Shown here piece by piece: positions 16,499 to 26,530 of a stretch of 64,000 nt of DNA. This DNA is from a virus. Numbering within the stretch: the stretch's first letter is position 1; every line of letters begins with the position of its first letter. The DNA is taken from positions 2,549-66,548 of the IMG/VR virus record IMGVR_UViG_3300037467_001397; one strand, written 5' to 3'. The translations under genes were made by a program, and so were the position numbers. Below the pieces are notes generated by a model. The model worked only from the letters and a program-made list of their open reading frames with translations, was not told the origin of the DNA and did not search any database.

Positions 16499-17217
16499 GC
16501 CGTCGCCTCGGGCTGCGGCATCGGCCGAAGCATGCTCACCGGCACGCGCATGATGCCGGCCGACTTGAAGTGCCGCAGGACCACGCCGGCCTCGTCGTTC
16601 AGGATCTTGACGACGTCGACCTCGGCGCCCGGCAGGAACGTGCCCTCGCCGAACTGCGCGACGTCGCCGAGCTTGATCCCCGTGGCTGTGACCACTACGG
16701 GCTCGGGCTCGACCGCGGGCTTCGGCAGGTCTTCTTTGCCGCCCTTGAACCCGCCGAAACGCTCGCGGTCGGCCAGCTTGCGCAGGTCATCGGCAGGGAT
16801 AGCCAGCGGCTTGCCGTAGTTCGACAGCACGCCCGAGATGTCATCGTTGAACCGGATCGCGACCCAGTTCGTGCGCTCATCGGTGCCGATGAACAGGATC
16901 GAGCCGAACAGCGGGCGCTGCGCCTCCTCCTTGACGTTCGAGCGGGCGCGGAATGCCCAGCGCGTCTCGACCGGGCAGTAGGTGGTGATCCTGGCGCGCT
17001 TCATGGCGGCCAGCACCCGGCGATGCGTGCCGGGCTTCACCACCATGGCGTACCACGTCAGGTCGTTGGTGATGGCGGGCGGCGAGATCCGTTCATCCTC
17101 GTCGAGCGGCACGTAGCGCACCTGCGCGGCGACATAGGGCGCCTCGATGCGGGAGTTGTGCTGCGGGGTCGCCTTGGCCTCAAGCTTCTTGCGGATCTGG
17201 TTCAGCTTGTTCGCCAC
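16495..17217 (-). CDS. NusG/RfaH-family antitermination factor (NGN plus KOW-like)
   Basis: WYAMVVKPG...TYCP...RPLFGSILFI NGN motifs; C-terminal IKLGDVAQFGEGTF KOW-like segment. Confidence 0.8.
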   Translation of the reverse strand: MANKLNQIRKKLEAKATPQHNSRIEAPYVAAQVRYVPLDEDERISPPAITNDLTWYAMVVKPGTHRRVLAAMKRARITTYCPVETRWAFRARSNVKEEAQRPLFGSILFIGTDERTNWVAIRFNDDISGVLSNYGKPLAIPADDLRKLADRERFGGFKGGKEDLPKPAVEPEPVVVTATGIKLGDVAQFGEGTFLPGAEVDVVKILNDEAGVVLRHFKSAGIMRVPVSMLRPMPQPEATA

Positions 17218-17218
17218 G

Positions 17219-17452
17219 TCACGCCACCACGCGAAAGAGGGCACGGTGCGCGGCCTTCAGGCGGGCGCGCATTTCGTTGACGGTCTCAAGATTGGCCGGA
17301 TGCGGGAACTCGGCGCAGATCTGCTCGGCGTAACCGAGGGCGGCGCGACGGACGAGGAAGGAGCGGACCGAGATGGACCGCATGGCCTCGTCTAGGAAGC
17401 TCTGCTCGACTGCCTCGAGGGTGACCGCATGCAACACGAAACACCCCCGCAT
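17219..17452 (-). CDS. Hypothetical protein
   Basis: 77 aa ORF in the operon run. Confidence 0.45.
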   Translation of the reverse strand: MRGCFVLHAVTLEAVEQSFLDEAMRSISVRSFLVRRAALGYAEQICAEFPHPANLETVNEMRARLKAAHRALFRVVA

Positions 17453-17550
17453 CTCTGATATGGCGAGAACTAAAATCCCATCGTGGCGCTGTCAATCTTA
17501 TTCCAAGAAGCTGAGCATTTTTTTTCAGGATCCTGATACGAGGCCAGCCC

Positions 17551-17844
17551 TCACAGCTCGGCTGGCTCGAGGGCGCACCCCTCGAAATCGTCCTCGTCGA
17601 AGATGTATTCGACGACCCCGTAGGGCGGTCCGTCGAACCAGCCCAACCGATCCGCTTCCGCGCCGGACACGATGCGCGACACGCTCTTCCTGGCCGCGAA
17701 ATCGTGCTCGCTGATCACCGCGCTATCGACGCGGATCGCCACGACGACGCGCGTGCCGACGTCGGTGCAGCGCCACTTTCGGGTCTGGCCGCCGGCGGTC
17801 CGGGTGTAGAAATGCTCGCCGATCTTGAAGTCTGCGTGCTGCAT
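17551..17844 (-). CDS. Hypothetical phage protein
   Basis: MQHADFKIGEHFY..WRCTDVGTRVVVAI..FDEDDFEGC. Confidence 0.7.
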   Translation of the reverse strand: MQHADFKIGEHFYTRTAGGQTRKWRCTDVGTRVVVAIRVDSAVISEHDFAARKSVSRIVSGAEADRLGWFDGPPYGVVEYIFDEDDFEGCALEPAEL

Positions 17845-17849
17845 GAGAA

Positions 17850-18326
17850 CTAAACCGCCTTCACATTCGCGATCGACGACCCACGGAAGGCGCGCTTGAC
17901 CTCGAGCATCAACTTCGCGGCGCGCGACTCCGCGAACAGGGCCGCGATTTCGTCCGGCGTGAACCAAGCGCAGCCCTCGGCCTCGCCGCCGAGCTGCGCC
18001 TGGGCGGGATTGTGCCCGATTACGATCCGCCAGCCGGTCGCGGGGTCCTGGCCGACGAGGTAGTTGTCCTCGGGCTCGCGCTCCTCCTCCATCACTTGGA
18101 CGGCCTTGCGGTAGCCGCGGATGAGCGCCTCGCCCTGGTCGCGCAGCTCGGAGATCGAGCCGCTCGCCTTGGCGGCGTTATAGAGGTCGCGCTGGCGGTC
18201 GAGCTTCTCGGCGATCACCGGGCTGACGCGGTGCAGCGCCAGCCAGGACCAGCGCACCTCATAGGCCGAGGCGGCGCGGGCGATCTCGGCGTTGAGCTGG
18301 TCGAGCGTCTTGTTGAAGGGATCCAT
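17850..18326 (-). CDS. Hypothetical protein downstream of primase
   Basis: ATG at 18326 (MDPFNKT) directly after the primase stop. Confidence 0.7.
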   Translation of the reverse strand: MDPFNKTLDQLNAEIARAASAYEVRWSWLALHRVSPVIAEKLDRQRDLYNAAKASGSISELRDQGEALIRGYRKAVQVMEEEREPEDNYLVGQDPATGWRIVIGHNPAQAQLGGEAEGCAWFTPDEIAALFAESRAAKLMLEVKRAFRGSSIANVKAV

Positions 18327-18328
18327 GG

Positions 18329-21103
18329 TCAGAACTCCGTCTTCGGCTCGCTGGTGCGCCGCGCATCGCAAGCGCGGTTGATCTCATCTTTGCTCGTGGA
18401 CGAGCCCTCGCAGCCCGAGTTGAGCGGCTTGGCCTTGTGGTCCTCCCAGAGCCGCTTACCGTCGTCGTTCAGCTTCAGGCCCATCACCATGCGGATGCCG
18501 CGGCCGTCCTTCTTGCCCTCGACATCGATGCCCAGGTACGCGAAGGCTTCGAGCGCCTTGAGGAAGTGCGCGCCGCCCATCGCCCTGGCGCCGTCACCCT
18601 CCTCCTCCTTCACGTAGCCGTGGAAGGCGCAGCGAAGGTCGGCGCGGGAGACCATGTACTCGGGATCAACCTCGACGCAGGCGTTGAACCACTCCTGCAC
18701 CGGGTTGTTGCTGGCCTTGAACTTCTCAATGGTCTGCTTGACCGACTTCGGCATGTCGTACCGACCGCGCTCGCGCAGCCGGTCGAGGCCGTCGAGGGCC
18801 CAGTTCAGGATGCCCGACGCCTCGTGCTCGGCGATGTACTCTGCGACGCCGGCCTCGGCCGGGATCCCGAGGGCAAGCTTGGCCTCAAGGGATTTCTCCT
18901 CGTCGACCACCGAGCGCATGTCGAGGACGATGCAGCGGTTGTAGAGCGCGTCGGACGAGTCTTTGGCCTTGGGCAGGACGTTGGTCGTGAGCAGGATCGG
19001 GATGTTGCAGGAGTAGGTCAGCGGCGCTTGGTTCTTGCGGTTGATTTCCAGACCTTCGCCGGTCACCAGCACCTTGAAGCGGGCCGGATCGATCCGGTCG
19101 CCCTCGGACACCGCGTCGTCGCGCACCCAAGCGTTGGCGGCGGCGAGCAATTGAAGGCCGAAATCCTTGCCGATGTCGGCGATCGACGGCGAGGCGATGC
19201 GCGAGCCGATGAGCAGGCGCGCGATGGAGCTGAGCACGGTCTTGCCCGAGCGGGACGGGCCGAACAGCAGGAGCGCCTTGCGCTGCTCGCGGTGGAGCGT
19301 CGAGACCGCCAGCATGGAGCCGAAATACTCCTGGAGCAGCACGATGATCTTGGCCCGCTCGTCGGGCTCGCGGTCGGCGAAGGCGCTCTCCAGGAACTTC
19401 AGGAAGATCGGGCAGGTCGCGCGCGGCTCGTAGGGCGTCTTGATCTTCATGCGGCACCACGCCTTTGAGGAGAACGAGCCGAACCGGCGGGTGCGCAGCT
19501 CGAGCATGCCGTTGCCGAGCGCGACGCTGTCGCCCGTGTTCCATGGCACGACCGGCACGTAGAGGGCGGGGCTTTCCAGGAGCAACTTGAGGGCGCCGTT
19601 GGCCGCGCGGGCGTCGCCCTTGTGGCCGAGCGCCTCGCAGCCGCGCTGCACGACGACCTTCAGGAGCTGATGCTCGGCCGGGCCGGCGCCGCACCAGACG
19701 CCCTCGCCGTAGAGGAAGGTGTCGCCCTCGGTGTGGATCATGTCGCGGCCGTCCTGCCGCAGCGCCTCAATGACGCCGTCCGAGATCAGGGCGGCGACCT
19801 CCGAGGGCTTCGGCCCGCCGGACCCTTCGGGGCGGCCGCGCTTCTTCTCGGTCTTGGGCTGGAACGCGACGACGTTCGCCCCGTTGGCGACCGCCTCGAC
19901 GGTCTCGGCCGCGCCGACGACAGTCTCGTCCTTCTGGGTCGTGCGCGCCTGGGCCGCGGATAGCTGGACGACGTTGGTGGTCTCTTCGGTATAGACCTCG
20001 GCGAGCACGTCCCGATGGGAGCCGACTTCGCCAGCGTCGAACTGGCCGGTCGGTAGCTCAATGCGCGGGATGTTTAGGCCGAGCGCCACGTCGATTGAGA
20101 CACCAGTCTTGCATGGGAAGTTGCGGCGCGCGGAGCGGCACTGCCCGCGGATCCGGCGCTCGTCTCCGCGCGCCTGGCGCTCGGTGTACTGACCATCATG
20201 GGCTCGGTTCGCGCGCTCCACATGGGGCATCAGGTATCCGACGATCTCTTCCTCATTGACGCCCTTTTGGGAGAGGGCCAGGGCGAGGCTGCATGTCGTG
20301 CGGTTGATCGCGCCGCGCGCGAGGCTCTCGGCCACTGCCCGGACGTCGATCGGTGGCGTGTAGCCGTTCTCTGCCGCCACTCGCAGGAACGGGTTGTCCG
20401 CCGCTGCGGGGCCGCCGTCGGCGCGCGGCGCGGGCGGCTTGCGCTTCACGACCGGCGACAGCATCGCGACCATTTCCTCGAGGTCGTCGATCTCGTGGCG
20501 CGGTTCGAACTTGGCCTCGACGATCTCGACGGGCTTCCACGCGCCCTTCTTGGTGTTGTGGGTGAAGGGCACGCGCAGCAGGCGGGTCGCGTCCTGCACG
20601 TCGTCGCCGCCGACCAGTTCGCCGAGCTGCTCGTTCAAGCGCTCCAGGCGGTAGATGCTCTCGGAGTCCGCCGGCAGGTTCTCGGACAGGAGCCAGTACA
20701 GGTGCAGGCCGTTGCCGGAGCGGATCGTGATCGACGGCGGGTGCGGCAGGTTCCAGACCGCCTCGATCACCTCGTCGAGCGAGCACAGGATCTCCTTGGC
20801 GTCGACCTCGGCGTGGGCCGTGACCAACTCGGCGAGGTTCTCCTTGTTGCGCCGCGATCCGCCGGGGCGGTTCGGCATGGCGCCTTCCTTGATCGTGCCG
20901 ACGCAGAAGTAGAGGCCGCGCCCCTTGCGGTCCCAGCGCTGGACGAAACCGTCGATGGTCGCGGGGTCGCGCGATAGGACTTCCTTGGGCCCGGCCTGGC
21001 CCTCGCGCTCATCGGTGTTCGGTAGGGAGACGAGGAAGACCGGCGCATCGGAGTACGCCCCGAAGAAGGCGCGCAGGAATTGGGATGGAGTTTCAATCGA
21101 CAT
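18329..21103 (-). CDS. Primase-helicase (RepB-like primase N-terminus, D5/P4-type SF3 helicase C-terminus)
   Basis: AHAEVD..PPSITIRSGNGLHLYW primase motifs; Walker A GPSRSGKT and LLTTNVLP motif C. Confidence 0.9.
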   Translation of the reverse strand: MSIETPSQFLRAFFGAYSDAPVFLVSLPNTDEREGQAGPKEVLSRDPATIDGFVQRWDRKGRGLYFCVGTIKEGAMPNRPGGSRRNKENLAELVTAHAEVDAKEILCSLDEVIEAVWNLPHPPSITIRSGNGLHLYWLLSENLPADSESIYRLERLNEQLGELVGGDDVQDATRLLRVPFTHNTKKGAWKPVEIVEAKFEPRHEIDDLEEMVAMLSPVVKRKPPAPRADGGPAAADNPFLRVAAENGYTPPIDVRAVAESLARGAINRTTCSLALALSQKGVNEEEIVGYLMPHVERANRAHDGQYTERQARGDERRIRGQCRSARRNFPCKTGVSIDVALGLNIPRIELPTGQFDAGEVGSHRDVLAEVYTEETTNVVQLSAAQARTTQKDETVVGAAETVEAVANGANVVAFQPKTEKKRGRPEGSGGPKPSEVAALISDGVIEALRQDGRDMIHTEGDTFLYGEGVWCGAGPAEHQLLKVVVQRGCEALGHKGDARAANGALKLLLESPALYVPVVPWNTGDSVALGNGMLELRTRRFGSFSSKAWCRMKIKTPYEPRATCPIFLKFLESAFADREPDERAKIIVLLQEYFGSMLAVSTLHREQRKALLLFGPSRSGKTVLSSIARLLIGSRIASPSIADIGKDFGLQLLAAANAWVRDDAVSEGDRIDPARFKVLVTGEGLEINRKNQAPLTYSCNIPILLTTNVLPKAKDSSDALYNRCIVLDMRSVVDEEKSLEAKLALGIPAEAGVAEYIAEHEASGILNWALDGLDRLRERGRYDMPKSVKQTIEKFKASNNPVQEWFNACVEVDPEYMVSRADLRCAFHGYVKEEEGDGARAMGGAHFLKALEAFAYLGIDVEGKKDGRGIRMVMGLKLNDDGKRLWEDHKAKPLNSGCEGSSTSKDEINRACDARRTSEPKTEF

Positions 21104-21174
21104 GCGCGCGCCTGGGTGGTTCTTAGGCGCGTCGACCTGGGGGTAGGAGCCCAGGCCGACGCTGGTTGGGTTGA

Positions 21175-21903
21175 TCAGAACTCGGCCGAAACGGGCTTGC
21201 GGGCCCGGCCCGTCGCGCTCACAGGCGCGGCGGGCGCTTCGTCAAAAGGGAGATCATCGTTCTCCGCGGCGGCCTCCTCGGCTGCCATGGCGTCCTGGAA
21301 GCCGGAGTTGGCCGTCCACCCGACCACCTTGAACACCGGGAACTTGATCCGCCCGCGGGTCTTGTCGGGGTGGTTGTAGCTGTCGACCTCGAGCGCCACG
21401 ATCGGCAGGTCGTTCGGATGCGAGCGGACCCGCTTGCCGTATTCTCCGCACAGCTTCGCAATCGCGCCAAGCTGACCCTTCGAGGATCCGGAGAAGGTGT
21501 AGAGCTGGTCGCCCTTCTCGGCCTTGAAGATCAGGGTGTTGGTGAACTGCCACGGGTCGCGAGGCTTCCCGTCGTTGTCCAGGTCCCACTCGCCCTCGTC
21601 GGTATCGCCAAGCGCACCTCGGGCCGGCGGAACGAAGGCATCAGCGACGCGACCCATGCGCGTGTCGGTCGGCTTGCCACCAGACCAGCGAACCCAGCCG
21701 TGCCGAAGGTCAGCGACGTTGGCGACGAGGCGCGTGCCACGGGGCATCTCCTCGCCATTCCGGCCCGACAAATAATCACCTTTGGCAAACTTCAACAGAT
21801 CGCCAATAATTCTGTTGCCGTTTGCAGCATCGGCCAACTGCTCGAACGGGTTTAGCGCAGCAACTGCCAGAGCCCCTGAGGTGTGTACTGTCATATCGTT
21901 CAT
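21175..21903 (-). CDS. Phage single-stranded DNA-binding/annealing-type protein
   Basis: [14 protein letters not shown] and DPWQ motifs; acidic C-terminal DDLPF; lies between exonuclease and primase. Confidence 0.7.
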   Translation of the reverse strand: MNDMTVHTSGALAVAALNPFEQLADAANGNRIIGDLLKFAKGDYLSGRNGEEMPRGTRLVANVADLRHGWVRWSGGKPTDTRMGRVADAFVPPARGALGDTDEGEWDLDNDGKPRDPWQFTNTLIFKAEKGDQLYTFSGSSKGQLGAIAKLCGEYGKRVRSHPNDLPIVALEVDSYNHPDKTRGRIKFPVFKVVGWTANSGFQDAMAAEEAAAENDDLPFDEAPAAPVSATGRARKPVSAEF

Positions 21904-22484
21904 TTGTCTTCTCGTTTCTCTGCTGCTTGCGAGGCGTCCCGATCACGGGGCGCCCATCTCCCATCGGGGAGTCGGGTGCGGGCGGTGTGACCCGGACGCT
22001 TGTTCCGGGCCTGCTCGCTATGGGTTGCCCACCGACAGTTCTCAGGCGCGTACGGCCCATCATTGTCGATGCGGTCAATGGAATGCTTCAGGCTGGGTCG
22101 CTCGCCCATGTCGGCCTCGAAGGCGGCGAAGTCATCGCGCCAGCGGTCGCACATAAAAATTCCGCGCGCGCCGTAGTTCGCGAAGCCCTTGGTGTTTTTG
22201 TTGTAGCACCGCGTCTTAATGCCCATCCAGATACGGTAAAGGTCTTTCTTGGCGCCTCTTTTGCTGCCGCCGTGCTTGGTGCAAGCCTCAATGGTTCGCT
22301 CAACTTGCAAGCACCCGCAGGATTGCACATAACCGGAGGTCAGTGAAAACTTGCGGCGGGTTGTGAGCGAGCCGCAATCGCATCGGCACAGCCAAAAGTG
22401 CTGATTGCTAGGCGACAAGTGGCTGAACTGGATCGCCGTAAGCCGTCCGAACTTCTCGCCCGTGATGTCACGCGCGGTCTTCAT
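21900..22484 (-). CDS. Phage HNH homing endonuclease
   Basis: [19 protein letters not shown]; [18 protein letters not shown]; [20 protein letters not shown]. Confidence 0.9.
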   Translation of the reverse strand: MKTARDITGEKFGRLTAIQFSHLSPSNQHFWLCRCDCGSLTTRRKFSLTSGYVQSCGCLQVERTIEACTKHGGSKRGAKKDLYRIWMGIKTRCYNKNTKGFANYGARGIFMCDRWRDDFAAFEADMGERPSLKHSIDRIDNDGPYAPENCRWATHSEQARNKRPGHTARTRLPDGRWAPRDRDASQAAEKREDK

Positions 22485-23545
22485 TTCCGCACCTCAGTGA
22501 TGACGAGCTGATCGCCCTCCGCACCCCGCGTCTCGAATTGCTTGAGGTCGATGCCGGCGGCGCCCGCGGCCTCGCGCAGGGCGGCGTTGTTGAAGCCCGC
22601 CCTCCCCTTCGTCGAACTCCAGCGCACCTTGACGCCTTCGCCCTCGACCCGGCGCGTGCCGGCTTCGGAGAGCATGTCGCGCAAGATGGACTTGGCCTCG
22701 CGCGCCGCGGCCGCAGCGTCCTCGGACGATGCCTCAAGCGCGCTCACCAGCTTGGCCTGGTTCGCGATCTTGTCCGTCGTGGCCGGATCGAGCGGCTTCT
22801 CATCGCGCGGCACGTAGGCGGCGCGCGCCGACCCGCAGGCGCGGGTGAACGCGCAGTAGTCGCAATCCTTGCCGCCAGCGATGAAGCCTTCCGGCTTCAG
22901 GGCCTGCGCACTCTGCGCCAGCATGATGTCGCGGGCGCGCAGCTTGGCGGTTTCAAGGACGGCGGGGTCGAAGCGGATGGGGAATTCGTAGGTCGTGTCC
23001 CACCATCCGGCCGACGTGTAGGAGATCAGGATCCACTGCGGGCGGTGCTTCGTCAGCGCGTGGAACAGACCGGCCTGGACGTGACCTTGAAAGACGTTCT
23101 CGAACTTCGGAAGATTTTCAGAATTGAAGCGATCATCGAGGCTCTTGCACTCGACCACCAGTTCCGAGCAGCCGATATCCTCGATGCCGAGATGCTTCAG
23201 GCAGTCGCGCGGCTGATTGATCAGCAGCCCGTCCGGCGTCGCCGAGAGCAGGTCGAGGACCATCGTCTTCTGGCTCTCACCCGCATAGAGCAGGTTGTCG
23301 CCGTGGACGTGCCGCAGCGCCGGCACCCACCAGTGATCCTCGATCACGGTGCCGCGGACCTTGGCGCCGTAGCGATCCGTGTACTCGGGATCCGGCTTCG
23401 CGGCCTCGGGGTCGTCGGCGTTCTTCTCGAACCAAGTCTTCCGCGCGCAGGCCCCGACCGACGAAGCGCCGATCGTATGGCCGCGGTCGAGGACCCACTC
23501 CTTGTTGAAGACCGCCGCGTAGGCGTCGTAGGCGAACTTGATCAT
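22481..23545 (-). CDS. PD-(D/E)XK exonuclease (RecB/Cas4-like)
   Basis: [25 protein letters not shown] and CDYC..C motifs. Confidence 0.85.
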   Translation of the reverse strand: MIKFAYDAYAAVFNKEWVLDRGHTIGASSVGACARKTWFEKNADDPEAAKPDPEYTDRYGAKVRGTVIEDHWWVPALRHVHGDNLLYAGESQKTMVLDLLSATPDGLLINQPRDCLKHLGIEDIGCSELVVECKSLDDRFNSENLPKFENVFQGHVQAGLFHALTKHRPQWILISYTSAGWWDTTYEFPIRFDPAVLETAKLRARDIMLAQSAQALKPEGFIAGGKDCDYCAFTRACGSARAAYVPRDEKPLDPATTDKIANQAKLVSALEASSEDAAAAAREAKSILRDMLSEAGTRRVEGEGVKVRWSSTKGRAGFNNAALREAAGAAGIDLKQFETRGAEGDQLVITEVRK

Positions 23546-23994
23546 TTGCCGTCGAGCCCCATCAGTGACTTCAGAACATGAAATGCTTTTGGCGCCTGAT
23601 CCCAAAGAGCATCGTCCAGCGCTGGAAGTCCTGACCTCACCCGCAAATTGACGATCGCCGTATTCAGCACGCGCAGCAGAATGAACTTGTCGTCGACCGA
23701 CATGGTCTTGATCCATTCGGCGCGGGCGACGCGCTCGATCAGCTCGGGGGCGGACTGGAGCGTCATGGTCCGGGCGAAGGACAGCAGCGCCTTGACCTCG
23801 GCGCCGAACGGGCCGGCGAGCAGGCCCTCGCGCTCCTCACGGCGGTGCGCGAGGAACTGCGACAGGAGGATTTTGTCCTCCTCTTCCTGCTTGTTGTTGG
23901 CGCGGGTCTCTGCCGCCTTGCGGGCAGCCTGCTGGCGCGCTTTCACCGGGCGCGGCGTCTGGGCTTCGGCCAATGCCTCGAAGGGGTTGGTCAC
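23542..23994 (-). CDS. Hypothetical protein
   Basis: GTG start (MTNPFEALAE) overlapping neighbours. Confidence 0.65.
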   Translation of the reverse strand: MTNPFEALAEAQTPRPVKARQQAARKAAETRANNKQEEEDKILLSQFLAHRREEREGLLAGPFGAEVKALLSFARTMTLQSAPELIERVARAEWIKTMSVDDKFILLRVLNTAIVNLRVRSGLPALDDALWDQAPKAFHVLKSLMGLDGK

Positions 23995-24215
23995 GCGCCC
24001 ACCCCCGCATCGCGGATTTGACGGCGCACCTGACCCCGGGTGTTCAGCGGCCCGCGTTTGTCGCTGCCGGAGACGGGCACGACCTGGCAGCACGCGCGGC
24101 CGCCGACCGTGTAGCGCAGCTTGATATGCTTGCCGCCGTACTCGACCATGTAGGTGAGCCCGTGCTCCAGGAGCACCGTGATCGCGGCGTCGAGGCAGTC
24201 GTTGCGGCGGCTCAT
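23991..24215 (-). CDS. Small protein with HicA-like GGKH motif
   Basis: VEYGGKHIKLRY..VVPVSGSD.R...N. Confidence 0.55.
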   Translation of the reverse strand: MSRRNDCLDAAITVLLEHGLTYMVEYGGKHIKLRYTVGGRACCQVVPVSGSDKRGPLNTRGQVRRQIRDAGVGA

Positions 24216-24466
24216 GCGACGCCCCATTCGGCATAGACCTGCTCGACGGGGCGCTTGCTCTCGCGCGCCTCATCGCGCGCCAGGCGGCGCAGGTAGCCCC
24301 GGCGGGTTTGCTCGCGGACACGTTCGGGCGTCCGCCGGGCGCGCTCGCGCGCGTTGACCGCCGTCCTGCCGCCTGCCGGCGCAATGAAGCGGGTGCCGCA
24401 GGGCAGGCAGAGCCGCATTCCGCCCGCCGGGATCCAGAGGCCGGAAGAGCATTCGGGGCAGCTCAT
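24212..24466 (-). CDS. Zinc-finger protein
   Basis: MSCPEC...CLPCG. Confidence 0.6.
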   Translation of the reverse strand: MSCPECSSGLWIPAGGMRLCLPCGTRFIAPAGGRTAVNARERARRTPERVREQTRRGYLRRLARDEARESKRPVEQVYAEWGVA

Positions 24467-24555
24467 ATCCGCCCCCGCCACTTCGCCAGCGCGAACGCGC
24501 CGATCACGAACAGGATGTCGAAGCCGACGATGAAGCCGGCGATGTAGGCGATCAT
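24463..24555 (-). CDS. Small membrane peptide (30 aa)
   Basis: MIAYIAGFIVGFDILFVIGAFALAKWRGRI; coupled to both neighbours. Confidence 0.5.
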   Translation of the reverse strand: MIAYIAGFIVGFDILFVIGAFALAKWRGRI

Positions 24556-24785
24556 CTCAGAACCCCGTAGGTTTGAGCGGTGCCATCTCCGAGCAGGTCG
24601 CCGGAGATCGGGGTGACGAGGCCGAGATCGATGGCCTTGCGGGCGCTGGTTGAGCCGCAGGCGATGCCCGACGGCTCGAACCACCACGTCTCGGGGCGTT
24701 GACCGCGGCAGAGCACCTGCCCGCGCTCGCAGCGATCCAAGATGCGCTGGACGCGCTTGCCTGGTTTGGGAGCTTCGTCGATCAT
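24552..24785 (-). CDS. Hypothetical protein
   Basis: MIDEAPKPGKR..., starts 2 nt after the VRR-NUC stop. Confidence 0.6.
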   Translation of the reverse strand: MIDEAPKPGKRVQRILDRCERGQVLCRGQRPETWWFEPSGIACGSTSARKAIDLGLVTPISGDLLGDGTAQTYGVLR

Positions 24786-24787
24786 CT

Positions 24788-25210
24788 CTAAAACCCCGTC
24801 GCGAGGCGCACGGGCGCCACGATCTTGAGCTTGGGGCCGAGGCCGAAGTCGCGGGCGGCCGCGATGGCCTCCTCGACGTTGTCGACGACGGCGACCCGGA
24901 AGCCGCGATCCCGCAGCTCGGGGATGGCGACCTTCTGCGAGGCGGACAGCGACCAGAAGCGGTCGAACGGCGACACCGAGCGCTCGCGCGCCTGGATCTT
25001 GGCCTTGCACTCGATGAAGAACATCCGCTCGAGCCGGCCGAAGACCGACAGATCGGGATAGCCCGCCCAGGTACCGAGATCGGCGAGCGCATACGCCTCG
25101 GTGCGGGTGCGGTAGCCGCCATTGTTGTTGGAGGCGACGCGGCAATCGTACAGCGCGTGCAGTGCCTTCACGATCGGGGTCTGGACCGCGTGTTCGGGAC
25201 CGCGGGCCAT
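24788..25210 (-). CDS. VRR-NUC domain nuclease (Holliday junction resolvase-like)
   Basis: E..VQ, GYPDL, FFIECKA, LS.SQK...LRDRGF.VAVV. Confidence 0.85.
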   Translation of the reverse strand: MARGPEHAVQTPIVKALHALYDCRVASNNNGGYRTRTEAYALADLGTWAGYPDLSVFGRLERMFFIECKAKIQARERSVSPFDRFWSLSASQKVAIPELRDRGFRVAVVDNVEEAIAAARDFGLGPKLKIVAPVRLATGF

Positions 25211-25647
25211 TAGGCGGCCTCACACACGATCGCGCGGTACTCGACGCCGGCTTCCGCGAACATCTCGCGGGCGGCCTCGAACTCCTCGGCGGGCATGCTG
25301 GTTGCGCCGGGGCCGAAGAACACCTTGCGGATACCGGCCTGGATCAGCGTGCGGCTGCACGCGGAGCACGGAAAATGGGTCACGTAGACGTGGCATCCGT
25401 CGGTGCGGATACCGTGCCGCGCCGCGAAGGAGATGAGGTTCTGCTCGGCGTGGCTGGCGAACATGTATTTCCGCGGCCGCTCAAAGCGCTCGGGAAGATC
25501 CTTGACGCCGATCGGAGGCCCGTTGAACGCCGGCAGCAAGCAGGTCTTGCCGTCCGGAGCGATCAGGGCCGCGCCGACCTTGGTCGAGTCCTTCGATTTC
25601 TTGGCCGCTTGCGTGGCGAACCCGTAGAGGTGCTCGACCCATTCCAT
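25210..25647 (-). CDS. dCMP (deoxycytidylate) deaminase
   Basis: SKDSTKVGA, FNGPP, HAEQN and THFPCSAC zinc motifs. Confidence 0.9.
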   Translation of the reverse strand: MEWVEHLYGFATQAAKKSKDSTKVGAALIAPDGKTCLLPAFNGPPIGVKDLPERFERPRKYMFASHAEQNLISFAARHGIRTDGCHVYVTHFPCSACSRTLIQAGIRKVFFGPGATSMPAEEFEAAREMFAEAGVEYRAIVCEAA

Positions 25648-25760
25648 CCCTAAACTGCCGATTTCGGAGGAAAGAGGCCCGGAGCCGAAGCTCCGGGCAG
25701 TCAAGGGAGGAAACGCTCCATAGGGAGCCGCCCCGAGGGGCCTCGTGAGCCGTCAAAACC

Positions 25761-26000
25761 TTAGATTTTGACGCCAATCTCCAGAAATTCGGAAGGCACC
25801 GCCTCCCAAATCAATAAATCCGGCTTGTAACCAGCCTCAATTAATGCTGGATACATGGTATGGAACGTATGGGCCGGCAAACGGTTACGCTTGCGGCGGT
25901 TGGAGACCCAGGGCTTCGACCGCCCAACGATCTTGGCGGCGGCATCGGTGCCGCCAAGGGCGTCGAACGCCTCGCTGGGGGTGGAGATCTGTTTCAACAT
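25761..26000 (-). CDS. Cro-like HTH protein
   Basis: AFDALGGTDAAAKIVGRSKPWVSNRRKRNRLP; divergent from the repressor. Confidence 0.7.
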   Translation of the reverse strand: MLKQISTPSEAFDALGGTDAAAKIVGRSKPWVSNRRKRNRLPAHTFHTMYPALIEAGYKPDLLIWEAVPSEFLEIGVKI

Positions 26001-26143
26001 CCTGAAACGGATATCAGGAAGTTTATATCGAGGCAAGGGGCCTTGGAGGCGATACGGCTATGGTTTACGTTTCTGAAACTGGTGGGGTGTGTCATACATC
26101 TGCGGCCCTCGCGATTCGGGGGCCAGCGGCATATGTTTTGGGC

Positions 26144-26530
26144 ATGCCAAAGAAAGAGGCTCTGGTGATCGACACGGATTTCCCGCCCTCGTCCAGGGAG
26201 GCAACCGCGGCTCGGCTTGGCATCCTGCGCGAAGCCCTCGGGTACACGGTGCAGCAGGATTGGTGCGCGGTCGTCGGGATCAAGCAGCCGGCCTGGTCGC
26301 AGTACGAGCGGGACGTCCACAAGATCACGTCCGACGCCGCCATCGCGATCTGTGACCGATTCCCCGGCCTCACGACCGATTGGATCTATCGCGGCCTCGA
26401 CGGGACCATTCTTCCCTCCTACCGGGAGCGGATCCAGGAGATCCGTCATGCCCGCCGGCGGAAGCGCGACATGATGGGCGGCGGCCCGGTTGCGCCGAAG
26501 CGGTCCAACTCTCTGGCGAGCGCGCGCTAG
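26144..26530 (+). CDS. CI-like XRE repressor (no peptidase domain)
   Basis: RLGILREALGYTVQQDWCAVVGIKQPAWSQYE..TDWIYRG. Confidence 0.8.
   Translation: MPKKEALVIDTDFPPSSREATAARLGILREALGYTVQQDWCAVVGIKQPAWSQYERDVHKITSDAAIAICDRFPGLTTDWIYRGLDGTILPSYRERIQEIRHARRRKRDMMGGGPVAPKRSNSLASAR

Noticed and set aside
22481-23545. Cas4-like nuclease suggesting CRISPR-Cas
   Set aside because: No other cas genes and no regularly spaced repeat-spacer array; context (SSB, primase, VRR-NUC) fits a phage recombination exonuclease.
25210-25647. dCTP-deaminase anti-phage defence system
   Set aside because: Stand-alone short deaminase with no kinase or partner domain, embedded in the phage early operon; ordinary phage nucleotide metabolism.
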